In this document: positions 38,502 to 52,300 of the stretch, piece after piece
Layout of the letters: the number at the start of each line of letters is the position of its first letter
How positions within the stretch are numbered: position 1 is the first letter of the stretch
Source: Amoebophrya sp. A120
Lineage: Eukaryota > Protista > Dinoflagellata
Assembly: GCA_905178155.1 (NCBI GenBank)
Contig: CAJINV010000001.1
Location: 4,816,747-4,880,746, forward strand
Direction: 5' to 3'
Length of the DNA stretch: 64,000 nt
The notes under the pieces: generated by a model
The model's input: the letters and a program-made list of their open reading frames with translations, nothing else
Database searches by the model: none
Told to the model about the DNA's origin: nothing
Program-made: the position numbers and the translations under genes

Positions 38502-39907
38502 ATGGAGAGCCTGGACGACCTGCTCGGAGAAACCGCCACCTTGGGCGAGTCCCGGTCGCAAAACAAAAACCGCCGTCCGCGGCCGGAGGGAAATGACAAG
38601 GCCAAATCCGGGTGGGGCTTTGGGGACTCGTCAAGCGGCAGCACAAGAAAAATGGAGACGCCACGTAAGGATCATATCACGAACTATTGATTTAGATTTT
38701 TCACTTGGCCCATTGCTTGTATTTTTGATGATAAGGAGAAGGAGATGAAATAAAACAATATCATGCTCGTGCCACAACTATTTTTCGGGACGGAGTGTCG
38801 TTGCCCGCCTGCTTCTGCCCCCGCTTTTAGATCCTTTTTGTAGAAGTAGATATAAACGAGTTGAAATAACTTGATCGCCTCCGCAACCCTCGCAAAATTC
38901 TACCTGTCGCTCTGGGTTCTTGTTAAGCGGAACAAAAGTAATAGTAAAATCGTTCGCGGTTGCTGTAGTAGCTTCGGAAAAAAAATGACGTTTCTTTACT
39001 CTAGAAGTACCGTGAATCATGATGAGAAAAATTTAGACGTGTCTCCTTGCACCGAGGTTTGCTTTCGCGAAAGCTTTCCAGTGCGGATTCACTAAAAAAC
39101 TTCTCGATGCTGACACTTTGCCAGTAAGTTGTGAATCTTCAGCACTTCGATCAAGAAAATATATACACAAGACGTACCCGCCGACCATGACGGATCCAAG
39201 TATTGATTCTTGTAGTGCACATAGCGAGTACAATCGTTCTTGCAGTGGCGCCCCAAGTCGTCATGTCGAACATGGAAGTCCTCACTTCGTTGATCAGTGC
39301 TGACTTCGATAATTCTCCGTTGCAAAAATTCAGAAAGTTCTCAAAACAGAGCCTGCCACGGAGCAGATACGGCAGCACATTGACGATAAGGATGACGATG
39401 TTGGGGACGCGATCCCGGTGATCCCCGATTTGGAGGACGACCAAGATGAGGATCTTTCGAAGCAGGTGGCAGCGCCACCACCAACCAGCATGGACCAGGA
39501 TTTCAGGTCACTCCGCGAACTCGAGCCGGATAACGCAGAGAAAAAGCTCCTGGTAATGTCATGTACTATGCGTTGCACATCATTTTTGTCGGATTTACAC
39601 CCCCCTAGTCCTAGCGCCAGGACCCATCACGCACAAATAATAGATCTTTACAAAGATGAGAAAGAGAAGTACTTGTCCTGAAGATGCAACTTTCGCTAAT
39701 GTACCTGCACACATGATGCATCAACAGCAAACGGCTTCCGCGGGGCAACAGGGGATCGATCTGTCGAGCCTGATGAGCGTGATGAGTCCCTATCAGATGG
39801 TAACGGAATCTGACGACATCTGGGACTATAATTTGCTCTTCCAGGAGGTGGTGTCCCATGTCAACGAAGTCGCGGCCGCGAAAAAAGCGAATGAAGTAAA
39901 TTCATGA
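38502..39907 (+). CDS. IFT43: Intraflagellar transport protein 43 (multi-exon, conventional introns)
   Basis: KSGWG in exon 1, IPDLEDDQDEDLSKQVAAPP..SLRELE and IDLSSLMSVMSP..VTESDDIWDYNLLFQEV match IFT43 signature blocks; donors gtaagg near 38665 and gtaatg near 39553. Confidence 0.88.
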
Positions 39908-40794
39908 TGCTGACAAGTGGCAGCAGGAGGCTGCATATAAAGATAAACCGAATGAAAATGAATGCGCTTATGTGTGTGCCGCCCCTCTGGAAGCCGATTC
40001 CGTTTTCAACTGTTTTCGCTGCACGATGAATACGTGAAGAAAGCGTGATTTTGATTGTAGAATCCGACCGCTTTATACGCGAAACATGGGTGTTGTTCCC
40101 CACATGGGTGTTCGCATTGTACGGGAGACCACCCGATGTTGCTACACCAGAGTTTGTTCTCTACGGATCTCTGTCCTAGTTTTGGTAGTGCATCGATCGC
40201 CTTTGACGGGGTGATACATAGGAATCTTCAGGATCGGATTTTATTTGGAAGATCCCGATATAGTGGCCATTTAAGTGGAAGTGGGAGAGCTGTTTCTTCC
40301 TGATGGGATCTCTAATGCCATACAATAGAACTACATTGACGGCGCTTTGTGCGGTTGCATGTTTTTTTCTAGTCTACTACTCATACAAACAAGCGCTTTT
40401 CGTTTTGCATGTGTTTCCACTTTGTACAGGAGTATCCTGTTCCTGCTAGATAAGTTGCATTTTTGTTGTGACCATAACTGGTCTCTGGCCGGAATATTTT
40501 GCTCCGTGTAGCCAATTTCATTTTGTGAAGTAGTTGTGTCGGCCACTGAAGTAGATAATCTATTGATAAGATGGTTTTGAAGAGTATGTGACGTTTTGTT
40601 TCGACTTTCGAAACGGAGGGGTACTAGATCAGTTTTACGACCACTTGATTTCTGTTCTGTGTGCATACAATATGGATGTTGTTGCCGACGAGAACGGTTA
40701 CTGCTATAATCCGCAGAGGGTGTTGATGTTCCAAGAACGGAAAGAGGACGATGCCACGATGAATACGCCCTCTTGCTTGGGAACATCAGCAAAA

Positions 40795-43700
40795 ATGCCG
40801 ACACAAGAACTACCCGCATCAAGATCAAAACAGAAAGGCCGAGCTCGTCCACACCGCAGTTCCTTCTTTGTTCGAACAACTTTTGCGACCCTTGCTGCGG
40901 CAGCGACCGCGACCGCCACTTCGTCGATATGTTTACTTCTTGGAGCTGCAACCACAGCCGCTGCCTATGCGGGAACAAATAGTTTGCAACCCGGTAATAC
41001 TAACATTTTCGCCAACGCCCGCAACCATTTCTGGCTGTATTCGGGCATTTTCTTGACCACCCAGGCGCAGTCCATCCGCGCGGCGAAGAAGAAGAGGCGG
41101 CCGTACTACGAGGTTCTGGATATCAGTGAAAACGCCTCCGTATGGATTGTAAAAATGTCTGGGTCTGGAAGGTTGGGACTTGTAGTGCTAGCTTTCCATA
41201 CCTAGAAAATCTGTATTGCATAACCAACAAAAGTCGCAGCCTCTTTTGTCATGCAAAAACGCAGCTTCTCATGCGGATTGCCTATGAGAAAGCGTTTTGG
41301 GAAGTTGTCATGCCGGACAGCATTCGGAAGTGTTTTCATCATGCACATTTTAGCATCACAAGTTTCCAGACCCAGACATTTTTACATTTGATACTCCGAC
41401 TCGGAAATCAAAAAGGCGTACCGGGAAAAATCGAAGGAGTACCATCCGGACAAGTGTCCCGAGGAAAAGTCCGCCGAGTGCCAGTCGAAGTTCATCGAGA
41501 TATCGCAGGCAAATGAAGTTTTGTTGGACGAGAAAAAGCGGAAACTCTACGACCAAGGGGGGGAGGAGGCTCTGAAGGAAAGTGGACAGGGCGAATTCGA
41601 CGCCGCCGCCATGTTTCGCCAGCACTTTGGACGAGAACCAAACGGAAAAGTCCACGTCAGAGTTATGCAGTTTCCGAATGGGCAGCAACAGTAAGTTAGT
41701 AAAGTACGTTGGTGATTTTCATTTTGCGTATCATCTCAGCAGCAAGTTGTAGTTTCGAAACGAAATTTGAAGGTATTTTGGTGGATGACACGAAGCAAAG
41801 TTGATGTCTTTTCAGGTTTCAATTCTTCGAGGAGCCGGAGGCAGGTCCAGAGGAAAATCTCTTCGATGAGAGCAAGGACCAAATCTACGAAGTAGCAGCG
41901 CATGGCGGCAGCACGGTGCTCACAGACCGAGACGAGCCATGGGCGGTATCAATGGATTGAAAATAATCGAGGAATGATGATCAAGTGTCGGACAACCACA
42001 CGCAGGAGCATTTGGTCTTCTCCTGGGTGGCTCGTCTATTGAAGATTTGATATACAACTTCGCCTTTCTATACGGTTTTGCCATGCTAAATTATCGATCT
42101 TCCCCTCCTCAGGTATTTTTCTACTCCCCGAAGTGCATCAAGAAGGAGTGCCGTGACAAGGCCAAGGAGTACAAGGCGGTTGCGAAGGTTTTCGGTTCCT
42201 TCACCAAAATAGCGGCGGTGAACTGCTTCAAGAACCAGCTATCAAATGTAAAAATGTCTGGGTCTGGAAGATTACGAGATTTGTCATGCATGTTTCGGAT
42301 CACGCATATGGCGTCTGATGCAGGCAAAAGCATCACAGGTTTTCAGCACGCCTTATGATGCCTGTCCCGCATGAGAAACTTCCTACTTGCGGACCAAGAA
42401 ATGGACAGCTTTTGGCGCTCATGCAACACAAGTTTCTGCGGATTCCAGAGTTTGCATCACAAGTTCCAACTCTTCCAGACCCAGACACTTTTGCATTTGA
42501 TACCAGCAGCTGTGCGTTCATTTCGGGATCACCCAGAACGGGAAAACAGAGCCCGAACTCCGCTGGCTTCCGGAGCAGAAGAACTCGGGAACCGAGCCGT
42601 ATGAGGGCGAGTTCAGCAGCAAGATGATCCAGAACTGGATGAGCAAAAACATACCCAACCACGCCGCAGAGTTGGTCACCAAGCGGAACCTGCGGGAGTT
42701 CGTCGACAAGGCCGTGGAAAAAAACCGCCCGCCTATAGTTCTCTTCACGGACAAGAAGGAAGTATTTTTGAACATATTCAGCGAGTGCTGTCACGTTGAT
42801 GCTGCAATGTGCTTCTTTATCACCAAGAACAAATAATTTGGATGTGCGTTCTTGCCGACAAAGTCAAAATGCAAGAGTCATGAACCACAGCCAAGTTTTT
42901 GGACCAGACCTCATGCACGAGGACCCCCCTCAGTGTCAGTGCGTCGGCTGCGGTTCAACTGATACTCTGTATCCCATGCTCATGATGCATAATCTCAGGT
43001 ACCCGTGATTTGGCGGGCGGTATCGCGGGAATTTCAAAACCGGGCAGAGATCGGCGTGGTGCTGCGATGCGACAAACAGGGCTTGTTCAAAAACGAGATC
43101 CAGCAGCACTTTGGCGTCGACCTGAATCGCATACCGTCCGTATTACAGTGAAAAATGCCCCCAGCCCCAGCGTTGCAAAAATTTGTGATGCGAAGTTTCC
43201 AAATGAAAACTTTTTGTCATGCATGAAAGGAGTATGAATCTTTCTGATGCAGAGTCTAGGCGTGTATCGCATCGCTTGCATGACAAGCGCCGCTGTTGCT
43301 GGGGTCTTTTGCAGTACAAATTTTTGCTACTCACGATTGGAAACCTGTGATGCTGATAGATGCAAGAGGGCGAATGTTTCATTTGGAAAGGTTTGCAATA
43401 CAAATGCTCCCAAGTTCGGGGTTGGGGCGTTTTTCATTGTAATAGTTCGTTGCCGTTCTGGACAACAAGCTGAAACTTTCCGAATTTTACAACGGCAAGG
43501 AATTTACCAAAGACAAGCTCGCCCTTTGGTCGCAGAAACACATTGCGGTCTTCCGCAAAGCGGGGCCGCAGGGAAGTTTCAAGCAGCTTGACGGCGAAGA
43601 CTGCGTGGACAAGAGCGACTCGAACTTCTGTCTGCTTTGGCTGCGCTACGGAAAGGACCACAGTGAGGCGATCACGGCCGCAATGCAGGAGCTGGCAGAT

Positions 43701-44111
43701 TCGTATTTTTTTGCCGCTACTTTTCTTGATGAGATCATCGTCCGTCCGCTTGTTGAACTTGGAAATTTTGCAATTGATGTCAACGTTGTCCCCTATATGC
43801 CAAAGCAAAAACTCTACAGATACAAAACGGACCCTGTGAAGCTTCGATGGGTGGCCGCAGCGCAAAACCCCGGAATCGCTGAGGCCTTCGGGCTTAAAGC
43901 CCCGCCAGCGAACGGACTTGCTTTTGTGCTCTACCGCCCAAAGCGAGACAAGTTCAAGGTTTTCGATTCCGCGCAGGTGGAGATAGCCGGACTGCAGGCT
44001 CGTCTAAAGGAATTCGTGGATACGGCTGCCTTCGAGGGTGCGCAGCTCCCAGATAGGATACACAAACCGCTTACTGCAGCAAAAATTAGCTCCAGCAGGG
44101 AGGAACTGTAG
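40795..44111 (+). CDS. DnaJ-domain plus thioredoxin-fold protein (ER co-chaperone-like), 3 introners plus conventional introns
   Basis: After IE removal: [32 protein letters not shown]...LYDQGGEE (J domain with HPD); [10 protein letters not shown] and IAAVNC thioredoxin-like blocks; C-terminus REEL (ER-retention-like); GT-AG introns 41691-41815 and 41946-42112. Start uncertain. Confidence 0.88.
41141..41393. mobile_element. Introner element, family A (253 bp), inside the J domain
   Basis: Family A TIRs; DR ctccg; removal gives NASDSEIKK. Confidence 0.96.
42240..42502. mobile_element. Introner element, family A (263 bp)
   Basis: Family A TIRs; DR ccagc; removal gives KNQQLC. Confidence 0.95.
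43141..43444. mobile_element. Introner element, family C (304 bp)
   Basis: TIR tattacagtgaaaaatgccccca / tggggcgtttttcattgtaata; DR gtccg/gttcg; removal gives RIPSVAV. Confidence 0.94.
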
Positions 44112-44950
44112 GAAAGGTTTTGTGGTTTTTTTTCTTGTTCCTAGTACACCGTCCTGTGATCCGGTTGGATTGGAGCTTGTCTCGGTGTGCGCGGGGTAGA
44201 GAGGCTGTTTTTCTGCGTACATCTATCATTTTTACATTTCCAAGGCCACCTACATGCGTTCACTAGCGACAAAACCACGACTGACGCGACGAGGACTACT
44301 GATTTTAAGTAGTATGACCATCGCCCCCTCGTATCCCGAGGCAATAACCCTTCAAAACGATGGCTTGGATGAATCGCGACAGCTGTCATTTTGTAGAAGA
44401 AAAAGCCTCTTGTTCTGTTTTTCCGCATGTGTTCCGAGAAGGAAGTGGCAAATAACAATAAGTAGGGACATACCTTGTTGGAGCGGACGATCCCTCTCGC
44501 CACTGATCAAAAGAATCTGCAGATCACGAAACGAACTTTTTTTTCGTTTCTCACACACACATGAGGCTGCCACTGCAAAACGACATACAGATAGCGTCAA
44601 AAATGATACTTCAAATCATGCCCCAATTTTGTCAGCGTTTCACAAGAAAGAGGACGTCTTTCAAGTTTTGTCAACATTTTAGTCTTCAAATGTGACTCAA
44701 TCTCGACGTGTATGATGGGCGAGGGCAACTACCGAAACCGAATACAAATTAAAAACCAACGTGCGTGCGTTTCTGCCTGCGCATCGATACTACATTCACG
44801 TGTGTCTCGTTTCGAATAGAGCTACTGTTTCAACAAAAGGAAAAAAGACCAAGTTTCAACACGCGTGCGGAAGTTTCGCTTTCAGCTTCTTCAAGGTATA
44901 ATAGCGAAGTTCAACACAAAAAGTGAGTTGAAAAAAGATAATTTTCGAGA

Positions 44951-47179
44951 ATGGCCACTACCGGTAGTTCCTGCTACGCTCTGACCTACCGGCTGTACGC
45001 CATCGGTTTTTGGCTGGTTATGATCGGCGGTGGATTGCATGGGTTGACGCTTAAGGGGCCGGTGTGGTTCGGTTACCAGTTGTCCTGTCAATCAAGAAAA
45101 GACGAGTACAAGCAGCAGTGCATACAGGACGGCGCGGCGGGGTCCACGTACGACTGCGCCAACAGTGAGGAAGAAGTGTACCGGTACATGCGGGACAAGA
45201 TCAATTGCCACCCGCAGGCGCGAAGTCCGGAGATGTTCAAGGGGCCATACCAGTGGTGGGATCACGGCATTTTGCTCTTGATTGTTGCCTTCTTCTGCGT
45301 CTGCGAGGGCTATCGCGGATTCCAGAAAATGTTCTCCCCGATGCTGATCAAGCGCAGTTTGGAGTACGCGGATTTATACGTCGACCGAGCTAGTACTTCT
45401 TGTGACACGACGGGGAGTAGAACAATTGTGGAGAACAACGGGATAACTAGAGAAGATGACTTCCCGATTGCGCATACCGTCGAAGAGAGTACAGAAACTG
45501 CTGCTGTGCCTGATTTGGAGAAAGGTCCCGATGCTGTGACAGTTCGGGAAACGTCGGGCGATTCGAAAGACACGACGGCCGAGTCCTCCTCCGCCGCTCT
45601 TCTGGTGGACGATGCGGCGATCACTTTTGATGTACATTTAAAATGCTTTTGCTTCTGCTGATTCATGCCTTTTCATACACCGCGTACGTCTCTTTCTGTG
45701 CAAAAGAATTTTTTTTCACCATCCTGTTCTGTCGTTTAGTGTGGTTCTTCTACACCGATCCTGCTTCGGTTTCGGAAATGGAACCATTTGACAACCCGCA
45801 CAAAGAGGCGGGAACAATATATTTTGATAAAAAATCTTGAAACAACAATCCAGGTGTCGCAGAAAAACCGAACAGCCCAGGTCGAGTATGGCAGCTGCCT
45901 GAAGAGTCGGGATGACGAAGAAACAACTTTAGAGAAAACAACACCAAGCCTGCTCCCGCCCTACATTTACTTCAACAAGTTCCAAAGCCCCTTCCTCGAC
46001 CTCGTCCTCGCGCCCTTGCTGGTCGGCGGGTTTTACTACGGGAGCAAACGGCGACTGATCGTGTCGTGGTGCCTCTTAATCTTCATTTTGCTGTGCATTC
46101 TCGTGCTCGCGCTCATTCGCAAGTATGCCCCGGCGTCTTTCGTGCCGGAGTTTACCAACATCGGTCTGGTCGCGGGTCTGGGCTTATTACAATGAAAAAT
46201 GCCCCCACCCCCGAACTTGGGAGCATTTGTATTGCAAACCTTTCCCAATGAAACACTCGCCCTTGTGCATCTATCAGCATCACAGGGTTCCAGTCGAGAA
46301 TAGCAAAAACTTGTATTGCAGAAGGGCCCAGGAAGAGCGGCGCTTGTCATGCAAGCGATGCTACAGACGCCTAGACTCTGCATCAGAAAGATTCATAATC
46401 TTTTCATGCATGACAAAAAGTTTTCATTTGGAAACTTCGCATCACAAATTGTTCCAACTCTGGGTGAGGGGGTATTTTTCACTACAATAAGGCTGGGGCT
46501 GGATCTCCCTCCTCTGCTGGACGGTCCGGGCGTATTGTCACTGCTACAGGAGTATCAAATGTAAAAGTGTCTGGGTCTGGAAGAGTCATGCTGTTTTTGC
46601 ATGACACAGGAGGTCTGGCATGGAAGCTCTAGCATCACAGGTTTCGAGAAGCTTCCGCCATGCCGAATCCGCATGACAAGTCCCCCATTTTGGTGACAGA
46701 AAGTGGGCAGCTTTTGCTAACTATGCATCAGAGATTTTTCTGTGTTCTGAAATGCGCATCACAAGTTTGTATTCTTCCAGATCCAGACTCAGACATTTTT
46801 GCAATGCATAAGGAGCCAGCATGCCGCTCTTGCGATGGAACTGCGTAGGACAAGACCAGGAGGCGTAGTCGTGCTACCACATCAAGATAAGGACACCAGC
46901 ACTTCCAAAGACAATACCAGGACGAGCAGCAGAACAACCGCACAACATCAGCAGGCAGCTGTGACAAACCGCGTAATGGCAGTGGAGGACGAGGAAGCTG
47001 GAGCAAGGCGAACTGAGCAAGCGGCGCCCGAAGTGGACGTACCTGTACCCGAAACTCCGACAAGTATCTACCACACGACTGAGCAAGTGGATGCCTACAA
47101 CAAAAAACTGCACGCCGACCGGGCAGCGGACGGGCTCTACGACTTCTTGATTCCGAAGTCGTGCGAATGGGGGTTGTAG
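44951..47179 (+). CDS. Multi-pass membrane protein of unknown function, 2 introners plus one other intron
   Basis: Hydrophobic helices; motifs CEGYRGFQKMFSP and LAPLLVGGFYYGSKRRLIVSW; frame joins across IEs at 46185 and 46553; one intron near 45630-45860 not resolved. Confidence 0.7.
46185..46489. mobile_element. Introner element, family C (305 bp), opposite orientation to the copy at 43141
   Basis: Family C TIRs; DR gggct/aggct; removal gives GLGWGWI. Confidence 0.94.
46553..46810. mobile_element. Introner element, family A (258 bp)
   Basis: Family A TIRs; DR aggag; removal gives CYRSQH. Confidence 0.95.
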
Positions 47180-49336
47180 TAACTACGGAATGCTTGGTGT
47201 ATGTAGTTGTATCACGAGGAAGATGAACCTCCAGGATGCTTTCGTAACAAACAAGAGAAACTTTCAGTTAATCTAGATCGCTTTATGCTTTGCTTTGCAT
47301 GCGATTATTTGATGAGAATACAGGCGACATAGGACCTTCTTTCGATTTCTAGAGAGGGGGGACAATTTTAGCAGTGTGTTATAAGTACGGGTGGATGAAC
47401 AACCACAAGAACTACTATTACCTTGATGGGCTCCAATCGGACTCATACTGTAAGGCCCTCCGTTTATGTCTTTTCATAGCTTATTTTGCGACTGCAGCTT
47501 GCGAAAGAATCTGGAAAACTTTTCGAATTGACGGCGCTCCTGAAGATGGTACTCAGAAGAGGAGAAGCGTACTTCACAATTTAGCTTCCGTGCTTGTTTC
47601 TCGGAATAGATTTCTGCAATGGATCGACGTTATGTCTTGATGCGAAACAGCGAAAGTAAAAAACTCGGGACGGAATGAAATGTTGAGTCAAAAGTTGGAT
47701 TTTTCCATTTCTGTAGCAAAAAGATGCGTCAAAAGCCTCACCCAAGAATGCAATTATGAATCGGAAACCTGCTCGCGACCTGCGACGACCGATACTTTTT
47801 CTTACTCTGTGCGATAGCGATGCAACAGCAGCCAAGCGACTTGATGACGTCGGTTTCGGTTGACACCAAGATCTCCTTCTGTAAGGTCTTCCAGCAAGGA
47901 TGCTTCATGTTTGACGATGATGGATCTTTCTTGACGATACTCAAGTTTTTTTCTTCATTCTACGTAAGTCAAGAACAGATATCGAGAAGTGGACCGCCAT
48001 TCTTTACAGATGCAGCAGGAACCCGGCCCCGATTGGATCGATCCCCATTCCACTTTGAGATCAGTATGCCGCTGATCCAAAATATTTTGAAAGTAGTATT
48101 AAATTAGAGAACGGAGATTTGTTGAAGGTGTGCTAAAGGTTGTGAGACAAAATGTTTTGACCACAAACGGTCACGCTCTTTTTGTTTTGGAATTTTGCAT
48201 TTTTCTTCCCCACGATTTTTTTCAGGATGATCAACGATGTATCTATCGTAAGGCACTTGCATATACCAACTAGTATCCAAGGGTCATCGTCGCGGTGATC
48301 TTGACGACACTCAGAACGAGAGCGTCATCTGTCGTTCCTATTATTCCAATTTTTTCGTATTCCTTTTCCTATTGAAAATTTAAGTCGTGCTGCAAGCAGC
48401 ATTTCCATTCGCAGCGCAACAAGCGTGGTATTCAATTTGATTTGCGCGTGGTTTGTACTAGATATGGTGTTTTTTCGACGTGGTTATTTGAAAAAATATT
48501 AGCTACAGGCCGGTACTATCGTGAGAGTAGTGCATTCCTGTTGCAAAGCGAAGCCCGACACAGATATTGATCTTTCCATGTGTGGCTTGAAATAAAGTTG
48601 ATTCCCTGTAGTATCATTCAGAAAGGCAAGGAAGGGTGAACATCAAGGCCGTTCACGGAATAAAATACGTGTGATCCAGCTTTTTTTTGAGTTTTGAGCA
48701 AAGCACTGATTTTGAAAGAAACGACTTTCTGCTGCTATAGACCACATGGAGCTTGGCAATGGCAGAACTTGAACTATACTTACTAGGACCTGTTGGTATC
48801 GACACTCGACGAATCGTGAAGGTGAAGCGATGCCTGCTATGTTATTGCAGTAGCGGATGAGACTGGTAACAACACAAGACGAGAGCTCGAATATCGACAA
48901 GCTGTGCAGTGGTCTTAGGGACGAAGTTGATTTATTTTAACGCTTAGTTGTATCCATCGATAAAAACCTATGATTTTATTTCACTGAAAAATGTACATTA
49001 CGCCTTTGTCTTTGACTTTGTATGATACGGAAAAATTATGCACTCGAATATGAATATGATCCTCGAATACGAATTCAGAGAAGTAAACCGGCCGAAAGTT
49101 CTGATTTGCCTATATCGGCTGTAGTAATCAGAAACTGGCGCGGCTTCGGCTCCGAACCGGTAATTGGCCGCTTCAAGCAGCAGGGCGAGCGATAGAAGGG
49201 CGGAACAATAACTACCTAGATTGGAGGAACCAATCGGCTGCAGGTGGATGTGCGACGACGACAAGAAGCAAAAACCTGACGAAGATTTCTCGCCCTTCCT
49301 GCTACTAAATTAAAGTCTTTCAGCACTCGTCCGATC

Positions 49337-52300
49337 ATGGCCGCTGCATCCCAGGAAACAGTTGCACGGAGAACAAATAGTTGTCCCGGCCCGCCGGACA
49401 TCGAGGTTCCACGTATACCCAGCAGCTCAACATCGTCTGCAGATGAGAGGACCGCTACTGGTGACTCGAATTCGAAAAGCACAACGTCGAGCAGCTCGGG
49501 GCCTCCGGAGCAGCCGCAGCAGGCGCAGGGGCACGATCATGTTGAAATAGCACAAAACAACTCATCTGCCGCTGCTGGGAGCACAACAAGAAGGTCTACG
49601 AATGCTGAGGCTCCTGGCGCGTCGGTAAACGATGAACTACAGGCCCCATCCGTAGTTGCACCAGGGGGAGGTGGAACAACGACGAGCACAACAGCTACGT
49701 CCTCTACTAGTAACGCGACCGGAGGGGCAATCATGACGTCGACGGATGTGGCACGAGGACAACAGCAGCGACCCCCAAGCGCACCTCCCCCTGTTGTGGC
49801 TGTGACCGCACCCCCGTTTATTCCCGGAGCCATGCAGCACAACGTCCAAAATATGACTACACTTGTTGGTGGAAACGTCGCAAACAGTGCGGCCACGAAC
49901 GTACTACCGGGTAGTTCGCACCTCCAGCAAGTTGCCCCTGCTTTGCAGCAGCACAGCCTGGTTTCGTCCGTGGTTCAAAGCGCGCACCAGCAGTACTTTG
50001 CCCAACAGGTCGTGCAGCAGCACCAGCAACAAATCATGCAACAGCAATTTCTCGCGCAGCAGCACCACCAGCAGTCTCAACAGCAGCAGATGTTCGCACC
50101 GCAGCAGTCGCACCATCAACTGTTTTTGCAGCAGGCCGCCGCCGGGGTCGTGCGCGGACCAGCCGTCGGCAGTGCGAATTTTGGTGGTGCGCCGCAGCTA
50201 CCCGCAGCACCGGCGTTTCCACCTTTCGGGGACCACCAGCATCTTGTCCCGCCGATGGCGCCAAGACCACCTTCAAATAACTCGATGCAGCCGACGGGTC
50301 CATCCCCGCCAACGGCTTCCGTGGCCAGTATGTTTGCAGCCCCGCCCCCAATCGGTGCAATGGGCGGAGGTGGCGCGAGTAGTACGACAACAACCGGAGG
50401 CGCGAACGCCTCCGTTATTTCCCCGCACCCGTCGATGTTTCCCTCACACATAGGAGGTGGACCACCTCCGGGCATGCTAAGCACCATGGGAATGCCCACT
50501 TCCTCTGGGGGCGGTCCAAGTAGGACTTCTACAGGAATCATAATTGGTGCACCAAACGGGGGAACATCTTCTACATCAATATCCAATGCAGCGATTCCGT
50601 ACTTCCCTACTCCGCCGTGTGGCATGCCTCCCGCGATATTTCAGCCGCAAGCGGCCGGTGGATCGTTATTTCCAGCCGCCCCTACAGCACCGCCTCCTAG
50701 TAACGGACCTATCGGCGCAGCGGATGTGGATAAGGCTCCTCTTCTAGGGCATGGGCAGCAAAACGACAGCAGCACGTCCTCGTGCTCCTTCCGTCCGACT
50801 GCGGTCGAGTTTATTCCTCACCAGATTACATACCCACCGGTCCTGCCTCCAGCTGCCAACACGACAATCGTGAGTAATCTTAACAGCACGACGACCCTAA
50901 ATTACGGAACAAACCGCGATGATCTGAAGGGAATACCTAAAGATATGCCAACAGCGCAACCGACCCTGGGTTCTATGATAATCGGCTCGGAAGCTTCATC
51001 AAGCAATCAAAACGTTGTATCTACGTCTTCGCAGCAGGAGAACAGCAATCACCCGCAGCCGCTTGCCTTGAAGATATCGACCGGAGAAATCAAAAAATTC
51101 GTCCAACCCGCACTACGTCCTCAGTGCAGCCCCGGTGGAGGCCCGACCACGAGCTCTAGCAAGCAGAAGAACGACAACAAGAGTTCGTCGCAAACCTCAG
51201 TTACCGGTGCTAGTACCGCAGGCTCAAGCAATGCCGCAAGTAGCCAGTCTTCCGGTTCCAAGCTTTCTTCTACGTCTCCACAGCGAAGACCACAACTCGT
51301 GGCAGGGGCTGTGTCCTCAACCTCTTTCGGCAACGAACACTCCATGCCGCCACCGCCCCCGGCGCCCGGTCATCGGACCGGGGAAATGAAGACGCAACAG
51401 CAGCATCAGGATACACGACCTGCGACCTTCACCAACTTTAATGCGCAAGCCATATACCAGCACCAGCAGCAGCAGCGACCGCACCTCGCTGGCGGGGCAG
51501 CGGCGACTGGTACTAGTACCGCGGGGATGAACACCGCGTCTTCGCACAGTACTAGTAGTTCCTATCACCCAGCTGGTCCTGGTCCCAGCGCTTCGTCGTC
51601 GAGCATGCAGATGCAACATAATTGTTCCGGATCCGGCACCAGTGGTAATAGTTACATCGGGCAGCAGCAACATCAAAACCAACAGCAACAGCAATATCAC
51701 CAGAGCAACATGCCCCCGAATAAACAATTGATGCATCAAGCGCAGCGGTCGCAGGTGCGGAAATTCCAGGAAACGTCGAGTGAGTACAACGACTTTTGCC
51801 GCGAGTTTTCGGGGGTGATGAAACTCCAGAACGAAAATCTCTACGGCACCGGGCGCGACCTGAACATCACGGAACGGGCCGTCGCCCGGTGGACGGAAGT
51901 GAACGCCACCGACGAGTTCGTGCAGAATTGGCACGACCAGACCATTTTGATGATCCAAAACTCGCACTACTACCGCAGCCGCGTCGACTATCCCGCGAAA
52001 AAAGTGTTACAGTTACACATTTGTTGTCAATTTAGCAACACAAATTTCTCTGCATAAGAGAGAAAACTTGTAATGCAGAAATCCTACGGGAAAACACCTA
52101 TGAAACGAGGCTCCTATGCATATCCGGCATGAAAGAGCTTGTCTGTCTTGCTTGGCCTGCAACACAATGTGTAACTGTAGCACTTTTTTCTTGCGATATC
52201 GACGTGGATAGCATTCGCCTGCAGGTGCTCAAGGGCGACGCGCGGAACCGCGATTTGATGCCGATGAACAACAGGGGGGGCATGGATCAGCACAACGAGT

